In this document: in pieces, positions 8,884-18,690 of the stretch
Position numbering within the stretch: position 1 is the first letter of the stretch
Layout: every line of letters starts with the position of its first letter
From: an uncultured Melioribacteraceae bacterium
Lineage (GTDB): Bacteria > Bacteroidota > Ignavibacteria > Ignavibacteriales > Melioribacteraceae
Assembly: GCA_964554135.1 (NCBI GenBank)
Contig: CAZKNM010000004.1
Location: forward strand, 1 to 53,838
Direction: 5' to 3'
DNA length: 53,838 nucleotides
Translations under genes and position numbers: made by a program
The notes under the pieces: generated by a model
Database searches by the model: none
What the model saw: the letters and a program-made list of their open reading frames with translations, nothing else
Told to the model about the DNA's origin: nothing

Positions 8884-9894
8884 TTGAAAAACATTTTAGT
8901 TACAGGCGGTGCCGGGTTTATTGGCAGTAACTTTGTTCGCTATCTAATTAATAAGAAAGACGATCTGAAGCTGATAAATCTGGACAAACTTACCTACGCA
9001 GGCAATCCGGAAAATCTCCAGGACGTCGAATCAAATCCTAATTATTATTTTGTAAAAGGTGATATTTCTAATGTTGAATTAGTTAATTACATATTTGGAA
9101 AATTCTCTATTGAATGTGTTATTAACTTTGCAGCAGAATCTCATGTAGATCGCAGCATTCTTGGATCTGAAATTTTCTTCAGAACAAATGTTATCGGTAC
9201 TAATGTGTTGTTGGAGGCATCAAGGCGTTTCGGAGTTGAAAAATTTGTTCAGATCTCAACAGATGAAGTATACGGAAGTCTCGGCCCCGAGGGATTATTT
9301 TCTGAGAAAACTCCTTTGTCGCCGAACAGCCCCTATTCTTCAAGTAAAGCTTCTGCGGATTTGATGGCTTTGTCGTTTTATCATACCTATGATGTTCCGG
9401 TTGTGATAACACGTTGTTCAAATAATTATGGGCCGTACCAATTCCCGGAAAAATTAATTCCTTTAATGATTATTAACGCGATGAACAATAAAAAATTACC
9501 AGTCTACGGCGATGGGTTGAATGTAAGAGATTGGATTTATGTAGAAGATCATTGTATTGCTATTGAAAAGGTAATGGAGAAGGGACGAGCGGGAGAAGTA
9601 TATAATATTGGCGCAAGTTGTGAAATGAAAAATATAGAAATTGTGAGGTTAATTTTAAGCATTCTTGAAAAGCCGGAAGAATTGATTGAATTTGTAAAAG
9701 ACAGACCCGGTCACGACAGAAGATATGCGGTTGATTCCGCTAAAATCCGGAATGAGCTGGAATGGAAACCATCACAAAAATTTGCAGACACCCTAACGGA
9801 GACTGTTGAGTGGTATCTAAATAATATGTCTTGGTGGGAAAAAATTATGTCGGGTGAGTATGTAAATTACTATCAAACCCAATATGGGCATTAA
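8884..9894 (+). CDS. rfbB: dTDP-glucose 4,6-dehydratase
   Basis: Motifs present are VTGGAGFIGSNFV, YSSSKASAD (YxxxK) and DRPGHDRRYA. It has a TTG start and is 336 aa long. Confidence 0.9.
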   Translation: MKNILVTGGAGFIGSNFVRYLINKKDDLKLINLDKLTYAGNPENLQDVESNPNYYFVKGDISNVELVNYIFGKFSIECVINFAAESHVDRSILGSEIFFRTNVIGTNVLLEASRRFGVEKFVQISTDEVYGSLGPEGLFSEKTPLSPNSPYSSSKASADLMALSFYHTYDVPVVITRCSNNYGPYQFPEKLIPLMIINAMNNKKLPVYGDGLNVRDWIYVEDHCIAIEKVMEKGRAGEVYNIGASCEMKNIEIVRLILSILEKPEELIEFVKDRPGHDRRYAVDSAKIRNELEWKPSQKFADTLTETVEWYLNNMSWWEKIMSGEYVNYYQTQYGH

Positions 9895-9927
9895 TTAAAA
9901 TATTTTACAAAATTAATTTGAACCGTT

Positions 9928-11424
9928 ATGAAAGTATTAATCAGATTTGTATCACTATATCTCTTCCTTTTTACAATTAACAATTTTGCACAAGAGGATA
10001 ATTCAGATACCCAGAAAAAACTTATGGGTGTCAGCCCAACAACAGTGATTAGTGTTTCGGTTGGTGGAGAATTTTTCATCAATGGTACTTTTACTGCTCT
10101 TATTAATGAAAGGCTGGATCATTTTTTATCGAGAGTACTTTTGAGTGCATTAGAAAGTGACAAAGGGAGCAATAAGAAAGATAAGGATAATTCAAATAGT
10201 AATGGGAATTCCAACGGTGAGTCGGAAATGGAGAAAAAAATTAGAATGACTCATAAACGGAATATCACCCTTATCAGGGCTACTGGCGAAAAACTGATCC
10301 TTGATCTAGAAAAATATTATCTTACCGGTGATTTATTCCAAAACCCTTATCTGAAACAGGATGATGTAATTATCTTCCCTAAAATAAATTTGGAAACAAA
10401 TTATATTGTCGTCGACGGTGCAGTTAATAAACGTCTTAGGTTTCCATATATACAAGGGGATAAAATAAGCGATGCAATATTATTCGCCAGAGGAATTGAT
10501 CCTGCCTATAAGAATGTTAGTTATGCTGAGATCGTTAGAATCTCGTATGACGGTACTTCTACAACGAGGGATACAGTTAATCTAAAATATGCCGATCAAT
10601 ATGAACTTGAGAGTGGTGACATTGTCAGAATTTTGGGTGAGGAATATCAGAAGAGAGATTATAAAGTCTTAGTTGTTGGTGAAGTTAACAAACCCGGTTA
10701 TATTTATATTACAAAACGTAACACAACACTTAGAGAGGTAATACAAAGAGCAGGAGGATTCAAGGAAAACGCATGGCTGGAATACGCAGAACTAGTAAGA
10801 GGGACAACTCCTGATCAGGAAGTATTTCGTGAATCGATAATCAGCGCTTACGATATTGAGGCTACTGCTGAAAATACATTTGTACAATCGTTCCGTCCGA
10901 GCCCTGAGTGGGAAAGATGGAAAATGATCCGTACTGCAAATCTTTATGAAGATCAAAATGATTATTTCAGGCTGGATGCTGATCTGGCTCTGATGGCGAA
11001 AAATAAACTTGTTGATTTCGACGCTCTAACTGAAAAAAATGCAGTTGAGTATGATTTTGTTGTGGAAGACGGAGATGTAATTTATGTCCCTGTAAAGATG
11101 GAATTGGTTTATGTGATGGGACAAGTTGCAAAACCAGGGCAGTATGCTTACGAAAAAAGTTATAAGTATAGAGATTATCTTTACCGAGCCGGCTGGTTAA
11201 GTCAGGCTGCCGATAGCGATGAGGAAGTATATATTTTGAAAGGTAAATCTTACAATTGGATTCAAGCGGATGATTTAATCGTGATTGAACCAGGTGATTA
11301 TATTTGGGTAAAGAAAGATCCTGCTAGATCGTTTAATTTTTATCTTTCGCGTGTTTCAGCAGTTACTGGTATAATAGGCAGTATCGCCACAATTGTTTTG
11401 CTTGTTACGCAGCTTGTTAAATAA
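9928..11424 (+). CDS. Polysaccharide export protein (Wza-like, SLBB repeats, C-terminal TM helix)
   Basis: It has a signal peptide. Two SLBB-like units are visible (VLVVGEVNKPGYIYITKRNTTLREVIQRAGG and VYVMGQVAKPGQYAYEKSYKYRDYLYRAG). A C-terminal hydrophobic helix is present. It sits directly upstream of the Wzz-like gene. Confidence 0.6.
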   Translation: MKVLIRFVSLYLFLFTINNFAQEDNSDTQKKLMGVSPTTVISVSVGGEFFINGTFTALINERLDHFLSRVLLSALESDKGSNKKDKDNSNSNGNSNGESEMEKKIRMTHKRNITLIRATGEKLILDLEKYYLTGDLFQNPYLKQDDVIIFPKINLETNYIVVDGAVNKRLRFPYIQGDKISDAILFARGIDPAYKNVSYAEIVRISYDGTSTTRDTVNLKYADQYELESGDIVRILGEEYQKRDYKVLVVGEVNKPGYIYITKRNTTLREVIQRAGGFKENAWLEYAELVRGTTPDQEVFRESIISAYDIEATAENTFVQSFRPSPEWERWKMIRTANLYEDQNDYFRLDADLALMAKNKLVDFDALTEKNAVEYDFVVEDGDVIYVPVKMELVYVMGQVAKPGQYAYEKSYKYRDYLYRAGWLSQAADSDEEVYILKGKSYNWIQADDLIVIEPGDYIWVKKDPARSFNFYLSRVSAVTGIIGSIATIVLLVTQLVK

Positions 11425-11449
11425 TTTTTAAAATATTTGTATTGGAATC

Positions 11450-12712
11450 ATGGAGAAAGATATGAAAAAAAATTCCAACTTTGAAAAAGATCAGCTTAAT
11501 ACGGTTGGAAGTTCATTTGTAGAATTTCTTGTAATGACTGTCAAATATAGAAAATTTTTATTCTGGCTGGTATTTATCAGTACCATTGGGGCTACTACTT
11601 ATGCACTGCTTGCACCAAAATGGTATAAATCGGTTGCATCGGTTCTTCCTGCAGAAAGAACCGACTTCCTAAGTTCATTGAGCGGATTGAACAATTTAGT
11701 AAAGAATTTTTCTGCAACAGGCGGTGGATTATCTGCATTAACCAGTCTTGATGAAAGCGATAAATATGTTGCCATTGTAAAGAGTGCTACGGTCAGAGAT
11801 GACGTGATTAGGAAATTTGATTTGAGAAATGTTTACGATTTAGAAGATGATTATTACGAAAAAGTTATCAAAGAGTATGAATCGAATGTTGAGATTGAAA
11901 TTGCCGACGAAGGTAATCTGACTGTAACCGTATATGATAAAGATCCTCAGCGTGCTGCTGATATGGCGAATTTCATGATGGAAAGATTGAATGATATCAA
12001 TACCGAGTTAAGTATCACAACAGCAAAAGCAAACAGGGAATTTATCGAGAAGAGATATTTGCAGAATAATCACGAGATTGACAGTCTTGAAAATGCGATG
12101 CAGAATTTTCAAACCAAATACGGCATAGTTTCTATGACCGATCAGGTCGAAGCATCTATTAAGGCAATGACTACGATTTATGCATCCCTTGCTGAAAAGG
12201 AAATTGAGTTCAACGTTTTAGAAAGAACTTATTCTTCCAGCCACCCACTTGTTCAGAGTGCAAAAATTGAAATTGAAGAATTGAATAAAAAAATTAATCA
12301 GATTAATGCAGGCGTCGATTCTTCACAGCAGGAGTTAAATCTGATCATTCCTTTTAAAAAAGCTCCAAAACTGGGAAACGAATATATTAAGATATACCGT
12401 AACCTTGAAGTTCAATATAAGATACTAGAGTTTGTTACTCCTCTTTACGAACAAGCTAAAGTAGAAGAAGTAAGAAATACTCCCTCGGTTCTCCTGCTGG
12501 ATAAAGCTTACCCCGCTGATAGGAAAGCAAAACCGAAAATTTTATTATACTTTTTGCTGTCTTTTGTAATTTCCACATCCGTTGCTTTTATAATTCTTAT
12601 TGTAATCGAAAGTTTCCATCGTATCCGAAATGCGGATAGTAGTCGTGTTGATCAGATGATTAATATTGTTAAGTCCGATCTCCGGCGAATTAATATTTTC
12701 CGTAGAAAATGA
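11450..12712 (+). CDS. Polysaccharide chain-length determinant (Wzz/PCP family, no kinase domain)
   Basis: The first TM helix is followed by PKWYKSVASVLP, then a long coiled-coil periplasmic region. A Pro-rich AYPADRKAKPK segment precedes the second TM helix. The in-frame ATG at 11462 has the better SD (GGAG) and may be the true start. Confidence 0.65.
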   Translation: MEKDMKKNSNFEKDQLNTVGSSFVEFLVMTVKYRKFLFWLVFISTIGATTYALLAPKWYKSVASVLPAERTDFLSSLSGLNNLVKNFSATGGGLSALTSLDESDKYVAIVKSATVRDDVIRKFDLRNVYDLEDDYYEKVIKEYESNVEIEIADEGNLTVTVYDKDPQRAADMANFMMERLNDINTELSITTAKANREFIEKRYLQNNHEIDSLENAMQNFQTKYGIVSMTDQVEASIKAMTTIYASLAEKEIEFNVLERTYSSSHPLVQSAKIEIEELNKKINQINAGVDSSQQELNLIIPFKKAPKLGNEYIKIYRNLEVQYKILEFVTPLYEQAKVEEVRNTPSVLLLDKAYPADRKAKPKILLYFLLSFVISTSVAFIILIVIESFHRIRNADSSRVDQMINIVKSDLRRINIFRRK

Positions 12713-12728
12713 GATGGTCTTATAGTTA

Positions 12729-14159
12729 ATGTTGACAGCGCATACCTCGATATGGAAAAATTCTATGTTCGTTTTTTTTTCACAAGTCATCCGATTGTTT
12801 ACGAACTTTTTAATTTTCGTTGGAATTGCACGATTGTATGGTCCGGAATCGGTTGGGCAGTTCTCTCTAGCCTATACTGTTGCAGGAATATGTTTGGTTT
12901 TTGCGGATTTCGGATTCGATGTTTTACTGACTACCGAAGTAGCTAAAAATCGCAAGAATGCGGTTAACATTGTAAGAAGATATTTCTCGATGAAAATAAT
13001 TTTTGTCGGGATCAGTTCGCTTATAATGATAGCTATTCCGAGTTTGCAGAATTTTAGTCAAAACAGTCGTATACTGATATATACATTAACATTATATGTT
13101 GTGTTTACCTCCTTTGCAAACTTCTTCTATGCAATCTTCCGTGGTTTTGAGAAATTTGAGTATGAAACAAAAATATCTTTTGCAACAAATCTAATTCTTT
13201 TGATATTGATGGTTGTATTCGGATTTTTTAAAACCCCACTTGTATTTTTGATAATGTTATTTGTCTTTGCACGATTAATTGGTGTAGTGTTGTGCATAGT
13301 GAAGGTTACATCATTAATTGGAGAGAAAATATTAAAAATTGATTTTTCAGAGTGGAAGTATCTTATTCGACAGGTTTTGATATTCGGAATCCACTTTTTG
13401 TTTGGCAATCTTTACTTTCAATTAGACACAATATTGTTGGGTCTTTGGAAAGGTGATGAAGCAGTAGGAATCTATCAATCTGCATTTAAGATAATGCTGC
13501 TCTTGTTGCTTATTCCGGATATTGCTGTGAACACCTTGCTTCCGGTTTTATCACGTTTGTATGTTGAAAATATTGAAAAATGGAAGGTTCTAAGTCGCTT
13601 ATTGTCAAAGGTACTCATGCTTATTGTCCTGCCAATATCCATTGTAATATATTTTTATTCTGAGCAGCTTATCTCTGTTGCATATGGTAAAGAAAATTTT
13701 AGTGCTGCGATTCCTATCCTGCAGATTTTTTCTATAATTATTTTGATCCGTTTTATTGTTGAACCATATGCTTTAATGATTACAACTTCAAAACGCCAAT
13801 ATATCAGAATGATTATTGTTCTTTTTGCTACTGCAGCTAGTTATGGTTTGAATCTTTTTATTATTCCTCGGTATGGAATTTATGGTGCTGCTCTTGTATC
13901 GCTTGGAGTTAATATTTTTGTCGGGCTCGGATATATATTTGTTAACAACTTTAATTTTTTCAAATGGACATTTGAGCTGCGAAATATTGTGGTGTTCCTT
14001 TCAGTTATCCTAATGATTGCTTTAGTAAAATATTTTCATGCTGAATTATTCGTACTCGGTATATTAATATTGCTCTACACTGTACTGGTGTATTTTGTTG
14101 GATTAACTAGCGAAGATCGGAAAGTTATTTTTGCGGATTTTATCATCCAGAGAACTTAA
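12729..14159 (+). CDS. Wzx-type oligosaccharide flippase (MOP superfamily)
   Basis: 476-aa ORF with about 12-14 TM segments. The N-terminus follows the MOP pattern KNSMFVFFSQVIRLFTNFLIFVGIARLYGPESVGQF. Confidence 0.7.
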   Translation: MLTAHTSIWKNSMFVFFSQVIRLFTNFLIFVGIARLYGPESVGQFSLAYTVAGICLVFADFGFDVLLTTEVAKNRKNAVNIVRRYFSMKIIFVGISSLIMIAIPSLQNFSQNSRILIYTLTLYVVFTSFANFFYAIFRGFEKFEYETKISFATNLILLILMVVFGFFKTPLVFLIMLFVFARLIGVVLCIVKVTSLIGEKILKIDFSEWKYLIRQVLIFGIHFLFGNLYFQLDTILLGLWKGDEAVGIYQSAFKIMLLLLLIPDIAVNTLLPVLSRLYVENIEKWKVLSRLLSKVLMLIVLPISIVIYFYSEQLISVAYGKENFSAAIPILQIFSIIILIRFIVEPYALMITTSKRQYIRMIIVLFATAASYGLNLFIIPRYGIYGAALVSLGVNIFVGLGYIFVNNFNFFKWTFELRNIVVFLSVILMIALVKYFHAELFVLGILILLYTVLVYFVGLTSEDRKVIFADFIIQRT

Positions 14160-14168
14160 AAAATTGTA

Positions 14169-15419
14169 ATGAGTTGGATATCAATCATATCGTTTGCTTT
14201 ATGCATTGTGATCGTTGCTTTTTCTTTTAGACCGAAGTCGGATGTATTATCACCAGGACGTGTATTTGCTTTTGTTTGGTTGTTAGTCATCGGTTTAACG
14301 GAATTGAAACTCAGCAGGCTCCAGCATGATTGGTCAGTTGAGGTTTGGCTACAGGTATTGATTGGCCCTGTCGCTTTTATGATCGGCGTGATGTTGGTAT
14401 ATATTTTTAAATTTGATAAAAATGTGTGGCGCATTGATTACCTTAGAATATACAAAGGATTTTTTGAAATTGACAAATACAAACTATTCAGAGTAATACT
14501 GGTTCTTTTCATTTTGTTTGTTGTTAGTTATATCGTAATTTTTTTGAAGACTGGAGAAATTCCGGTTTTCGCTGCTAAACCTTGGAAAGCACGCGCAGAA
14601 TTCACAATGTTTGGTGTTGGTCTATTCCTTCATAATGTTGTTTTAATAGTATTTTTTTCGGGCGTTTATTTTGTTCTGGAATCCGGCAATAAGTTTCGAA
14701 AGTTCATTTTAATTTTACTTTCATTGATTTCGATTGTTTTGTATGCTGCAACTCTTCAGCGATACCAAATATTCTTAGCCATCTTTATGGTTGTTGCTCT
14801 CTTGTATTACTCTACTTCTCGAATCAATTTTAAAACAACTCTAATTACAGGAGTAATCATTGTAGGATTTTTCTATTTAGTATCTTCCTTTAGATTAGGT
14901 GAATTCGTTATTTACATTTTATATCAGATATCTAAAATGAAGTTCTCTCCTGATTATGCAATTTTTACCGAACCTTATATGTACGTAGTTATGAATTTGG
15001 AAAACTTTGCAAGATCGATTACTAAAATAGATTCATATACTTACGGCTATTATACATTCGATTTTTTAACGGCTATAACCGGTATCAAGCATTGGATAAG
15101 TGAATATTTCTATTTGAATGAGACACCATTTTTAATAAGCAGCTTTAATACATATTCTGCATTTTGGACTTTTTATCGAGACTTCGGGGTATTGGGAATT
15201 TTTATCATTCCGTTTGTCGGTGGAATATCGATTAGCTCTTTCTACTATTCATTTAGATTAAAACCGACTTTGTTGAGATGTGCTCTTTATGGAATGCTGA
15301 TGTTCGGAATAATTTTTTCCTTTTTCAACAGCTTATTTGGATTTTTATGGTTTATATACAATTTTTTAGTACTCATCGTTGTGATTAAGTATGTTTCTCC
15401 GGATAATGTTCAATATTAA
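14169..15419 (+). CDS. Wzy-like oligosaccharide repeat-unit polymerase (polytopic membrane protein)
   Basis: 416-aa ORF with more than 10 TM segments and very low GC. The call rests on its position next to wzx and the glycosyltransferases. I could not verify any catalytic motif by eye. Confidence 0.5.
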   Translation: MSWISIISFALCIVIVAFSFRPKSDVLSPGRVFAFVWLLVIGLTELKLSRLQHDWSVEVWLQVLIGPVAFMIGVMLVYIFKFDKNVWRIDYLRIYKGFFEIDKYKLFRVILVLFILFVVSYIVIFLKTGEIPVFAAKPWKARAEFTMFGVGLFLHNVVLIVFFSGVYFVLESGNKFRKFILILLSLISIVLYAATLQRYQIFLAIFMVVALLYYSTSRINFKTTLITGVIIVGFFYLVSSFRLGEFVIYILYQISKMKFSPDYAIFTEPYMYVVMNLENFARSITKIDSYTYGYYTFDFLTAITGIKHWISEYFYLNETPFLISSFNTYSAFWTFYRDFGVLGIFIIPFVGGISISSFYYSFRLKPTLLRCALYGMLMFGIIFSFFNSLFGFLWFIYNFLVLIVVIKYVSPDNVQY

Positions 15420-15440
15420 TAAAGAAAAATTTTTCGGGCA

Positions 15441-16364
15441 ATGATGTCATCTATCGATATAATAATTGTAAATTGGAATTCAGGCAGTTATTTAGCTGAG
15501 TGTTTACTATCGATTGAATCATCTTTAAAGAACAATTTTAAGTTGAATCGAGTTATTGTAATTGATAACGCTTCTACTGATGGTTCGTTTGAAAATATAA
15601 ACCAAACATTGCTGCCTGTAACAGTAATAATGAATTCCGAAAATCTAGGTTTTGCAAAAGCTTCGAATCAAGGAGCTTATAAAAGTGAAGCCGACTTTTT
15701 ATTGTTTCTTAATCCAGATACACGACTCTTTGAGAATTCATTATCGGAATCGATTTCATTTATGATGAAAGTGGAGAACGAAGAAATAGGAATTTTGGGA
15801 ATTCAAATTATTAATGAAGCTGGGGAAATAAGTCGGAATTGTGCCCGATTTCCTTCTACTTGGAGTATCGTTTATACATCATTAGGGCTTGATAAATTAT
15901 TTCCCACAGTTTTTCCAGGACACTTTATGATGGATTGGGATCACAATAGTAGTCGTGCTGTTGATCAAGTGATGGGTTCATTTTTTTTTGTGAGAAGAAA
16001 TCTTTTTGAAAGACTTAGTGGTTATGATGAAAGGTTCTTTGTTTATTATGAAGATCTTGACTTTGCATTTAGAGCACGAAAAATAGGTTATCATTGTTAT
16101 TTTCTTAGTACAGCTCAAATGTTTCATAAAGGAGGCGGCACAACGGAAAAAATAAAAGCAGAAAGACTTTTTTACATTTTACAGAGTAAACTTCTTTTCT
16201 GCCGGAAACATTTCAATAAATGTTCTTACTTCCTTATTTTTTTCATATCACTTTTACTTGAACCTTTTGTGAGAATTTTTGGAGTTTTTGTGAAAGGATC
16301 GTTTAGTGAGGTCGGCGAAATCATAAGAGGTTTTAAGAAATTTATTTTGCAGTGTGTCAAATAA
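15441..16364 (+). CDS. Family 2 glycosyltransferase
   Basis: GT-A motifs present are IIIVNWNS, VIDNASTDGS, NLGFAKASNQG, LNPD and YYEDLDF. Confidence 0.8.
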   Translation: MMSSIDIIIVNWNSGSYLAECLLSIESSLKNNFKLNRVIVIDNASTDGSFENINQTLLPVTVIMNSENLGFAKASNQGAYKSEADFLLFLNPDTRLFENSLSESISFMMKVENEEIGILGIQIINEAGEISRNCARFPSTWSIVYTSLGLDKLFPTVFPGHFMMDWDHNSSRAVDQVMGSFFFVRRNLFERLSGYDERFFVYYEDLDFAFRARKIGYHCYFLSTAQMFHKGGGTTEKIKAERLFYILQSKLLFCRKHFNKCSYFLIFFISLLLEPFVRIFGVFVKGSFSEVGEIIRGFKKFILQCVK

Positions 16365-16385
16365 GCATTAGAATATATTGACAAT

Positions 16386-17450
16386 ATGAAAATATTAATT
16401 TTAACAAGATATGATTCTTTAGGAGCCAGTAGTCGTTATCGCTTCTATCAATACATCCCTTTTCTGAGGCAACAAGGTTATGAAATTACTATTCAACCAC
16501 TACTTACTTCAAACTATATAAATTATCTGTATCACGGAAAATCACTTCCATTTGTTGAAATAATAACACGATATTTTAAAAGAGTATTTTTACTTTTGCG
16601 GAAGAATAATTATCAACTTATTTGGCTTCAGCAAGAAGCATTTCCTTGGATTCCTTCTTGGTTCGAAAAAATCTTAGTTAAATCTAATATACCGTTAATA
16701 GTAGATTACGACGATGCATCCTTTCATAGATACGACCGACATGAAAACAGTTTCGTAAAATTTCTTCTCAAAAATAAAATTGATGATGTGATGAGTTATG
16801 CCGATGTTGTTCTAGCAGGTAATAGATATCTTTCAGATCGGGCGTATGTAAATAAATGTAAGAGTGTAACTATTTTACCAACTGTTGTTGATACAGATCG
16901 TTATATATATGATTTTAAACCACATAGTAAACTATTTACAATCGGCTGGATTGGATCGCCGCCCACTGCAAAATATCTTTATGAAATCAGAAGTGCATTG
17001 AAAGAGTCTTATAATGAAGGTGGGGTCAAATTTGTTTTTATTGGTACCGGTGAATTAATTATGGAAGGAATTTCTTTTGAGATTATGGAATGGAGTGAAG
17101 CAAATGAAGTTAATGACATTCAGGGTTTCGATGTTGGAATAATGCCTTTGATCAATAGCGATTGGGAAAAGGGCAAATGCGGATTTAAACTTATTCAATA
17201 TATGGCCTGTGCAAAACCTGTGATTGGATCGCCGATTGGGATCAATTCAGAAATAATAAATAACGGAGTAAACGGATTTCAAGCAAATAGTAATGAGGAG
17301 TGGATTAAATATTTACGAATTCTTAAGGGCAATCCCAACCTAAGGAAAGAAATGGGACTTAACGGGAGAAAGTTGGTTGAAGAAAAATATTCATTACATG
17401 TAAATGCACCTAAATTAATTCAAGTATTCAATAACGTTTTACAGAGCTGA
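16386..17450 (+). CDS. GT-B fold glycosyltransferase (GT4-like)
   Basis: The C-terminal half resembles GT1/GT4 enzymes (KCGFKLIQYMACAKPVIGSPIGINSEIINNGVNGF). It lies within a run of glycosyltransferase genes. Confidence 0.65.
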   Translation: MKILILTRYDSLGASSRYRFYQYIPFLRQQGYEITIQPLLTSNYINYLYHGKSLPFVEIITRYFKRVFLLLRKNNYQLIWLQQEAFPWIPSWFEKILVKSNIPLIVDYDDASFHRYDRHENSFVKFLLKNKIDDVMSYADVVLAGNRYLSDRAYVNKCKSVTILPTVVDTDRYIYDFKPHSKLFTIGWIGSPPTAKYLYEIRSALKESYNEGGVKFVFIGTGELIMEGISFEIMEWSEANEVNDIQGFDVGIMPLINSDWEKGKCGFKLIQYMACAKPVIGSPIGINSEIINNGVNGFQANSNEEWIKYLRILKGNPNLRKEMGLNGRKLVEEKYSLHVNAPKLIQVFNNVLQS

Positions 17451-18628
17451 TGGTGGACAAAAAAAGAATAAAAGTTTTGAACGTCATAACGTTGTTTAGT
17501 ATTGGTGGAGCTACAGAAACAGTCGTTCTGATGGCTGAGGGTCTGAAGCAAAAAGGTTACGAAGTTCACGTTGCAACAGGGCCGAATATACCCGCCGAAG
17601 GAAGTATGTATGAGATAACCGAAAGATTGAATATTCCTGTTTATACGTTTCCACATTTGAAACGAGCAATTACACCTTTTAGCGATTTATTAATTATCTA
17701 TCAACTTTTTCGTTTCATAAAAAAAAATGATTATGATATTGTCCACACTCATAGTTCGAAAGCCGGCGTAGTAGGAAGAATAGCTGCTTGGTTAGCTGGA
17801 ACCCCTGTGCGTATTCATACTATCCATGGTTTGCCTTTTCATAGATATCAAAACTGGTTTATACGAAGCCTCTTTAAATTGATTGAAAAATTCGCTGCAT
17901 CAATTAGTCATAAGCTTGTCTCCGTTACTCACACGATTGTCGATGTAATGACGAAGAATAACCTTGCTCCTCCAAGCAAGTTTGTTGTAATAAGAAGCGG
18001 ATTTGCTATCGAGAAGTATTTAAATTTTCGCGAAGACACATCCTCAATTAGGAAAAAATATAACTTGAGAAATGACGACATAATCATCGGTAAAGTCTCT
18101 CGCATTTCAATACTAAAAGGTCATAAGTATCTTATCAATGCATTCGATATTGTTTGTAAAAAAATTTCGAATGCTAAATTATTGTTGGTGGGGAATGGGG
18201 AATTTGAAAATGAATTGAGAGAAATTATTTCCCGGAAGAATTTAAATGATAAAGTCGTTTTCACCGGATTAGTATCACCGGCTGAGATTCCGACGGTGAT
18301 ATCGATTTTGGATATCTTAGTGCACACTTCGCTGCATGAAGGACTAGCCCGTGTATTACCCCAAGCTATTATGATGGGGAAACCCTTGATCTCTTTCGAT
18401 CTTGATGGTGCTCATGAAGTTATTAAAGACAGCGTTACCGGTTATTTAATCGAACCAGAGAATGTTAATGCACTTGCCGATCGAATTATCGAACTGGCAA
18501 GCAATTTGGAAAAATCAAAACGGTTTGGAGAAATAGGTAAAGAGTTTCTGCGGGATGAATTCAGTCATAAGAAAATGATTGAACAGATTGATACATTGTA
18601 TAGAAAATTACTATCCGATTCCAAATAA
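17450..18628 (+). CDS. Family 4 glycosyltransferase
   Basis: Motifs present are HTHSSKAGVVGR and the EX7E-like region HTSLHEGLARVLPQAIMMGKPLISFDLDGAHEVIKDSVTGYL. Its start overlaps the upstream stop (TGATG). Confidence 0.8.
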   Translation: MVDKKRIKVLNVITLFSIGGATETVVLMAEGLKQKGYEVHVATGPNIPAEGSMYEITERLNIPVYTFPHLKRAITPFSDLLIIYQLFRFIKKNDYDIVHTHSSKAGVVGRIAAWLAGTPVRIHTIHGLPFHRYQNWFIRSLFKLIEKFAASISHKLVSVTHTIVDVMTKNNLAPPSKFVVIRSGFAIEKYLNFREDTSSIRKKYNLRNDDIIIGKVSRISILKGHKYLINAFDIVCKKISNAKLLLVGNGEFENELREIISRKNLNDKVVFTGLVSPAEIPTVISILDILVHTSLHEGLARVLPQAIMMGKPLISFDLDGAHEVIKDSVTGYLIEPENVNALADRIIELASNLEKSKRFGEIGKEFLRDEFSHKKMIEQIDTLYRKLLSDSK

Positions 18629-18690
18629 TCATTCAAATTTGCGGAGATGATTCAATTCAAAAAATAACCAAAAATGTATTTTCACTCTCT

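Noticed and set aside
10159-10240. Asn/Ser/Gly/Lys-rich low-complexity stretch (DKGSNKKDKDNSNSNGNSNGESE) in the Wza-like protein, considered as a possible phase-variable repeat
   Set aside because: The DNA is not a perfect simple-sequence repeat, so there is no tract long enough for slippage. It is most likely a disordered linker.
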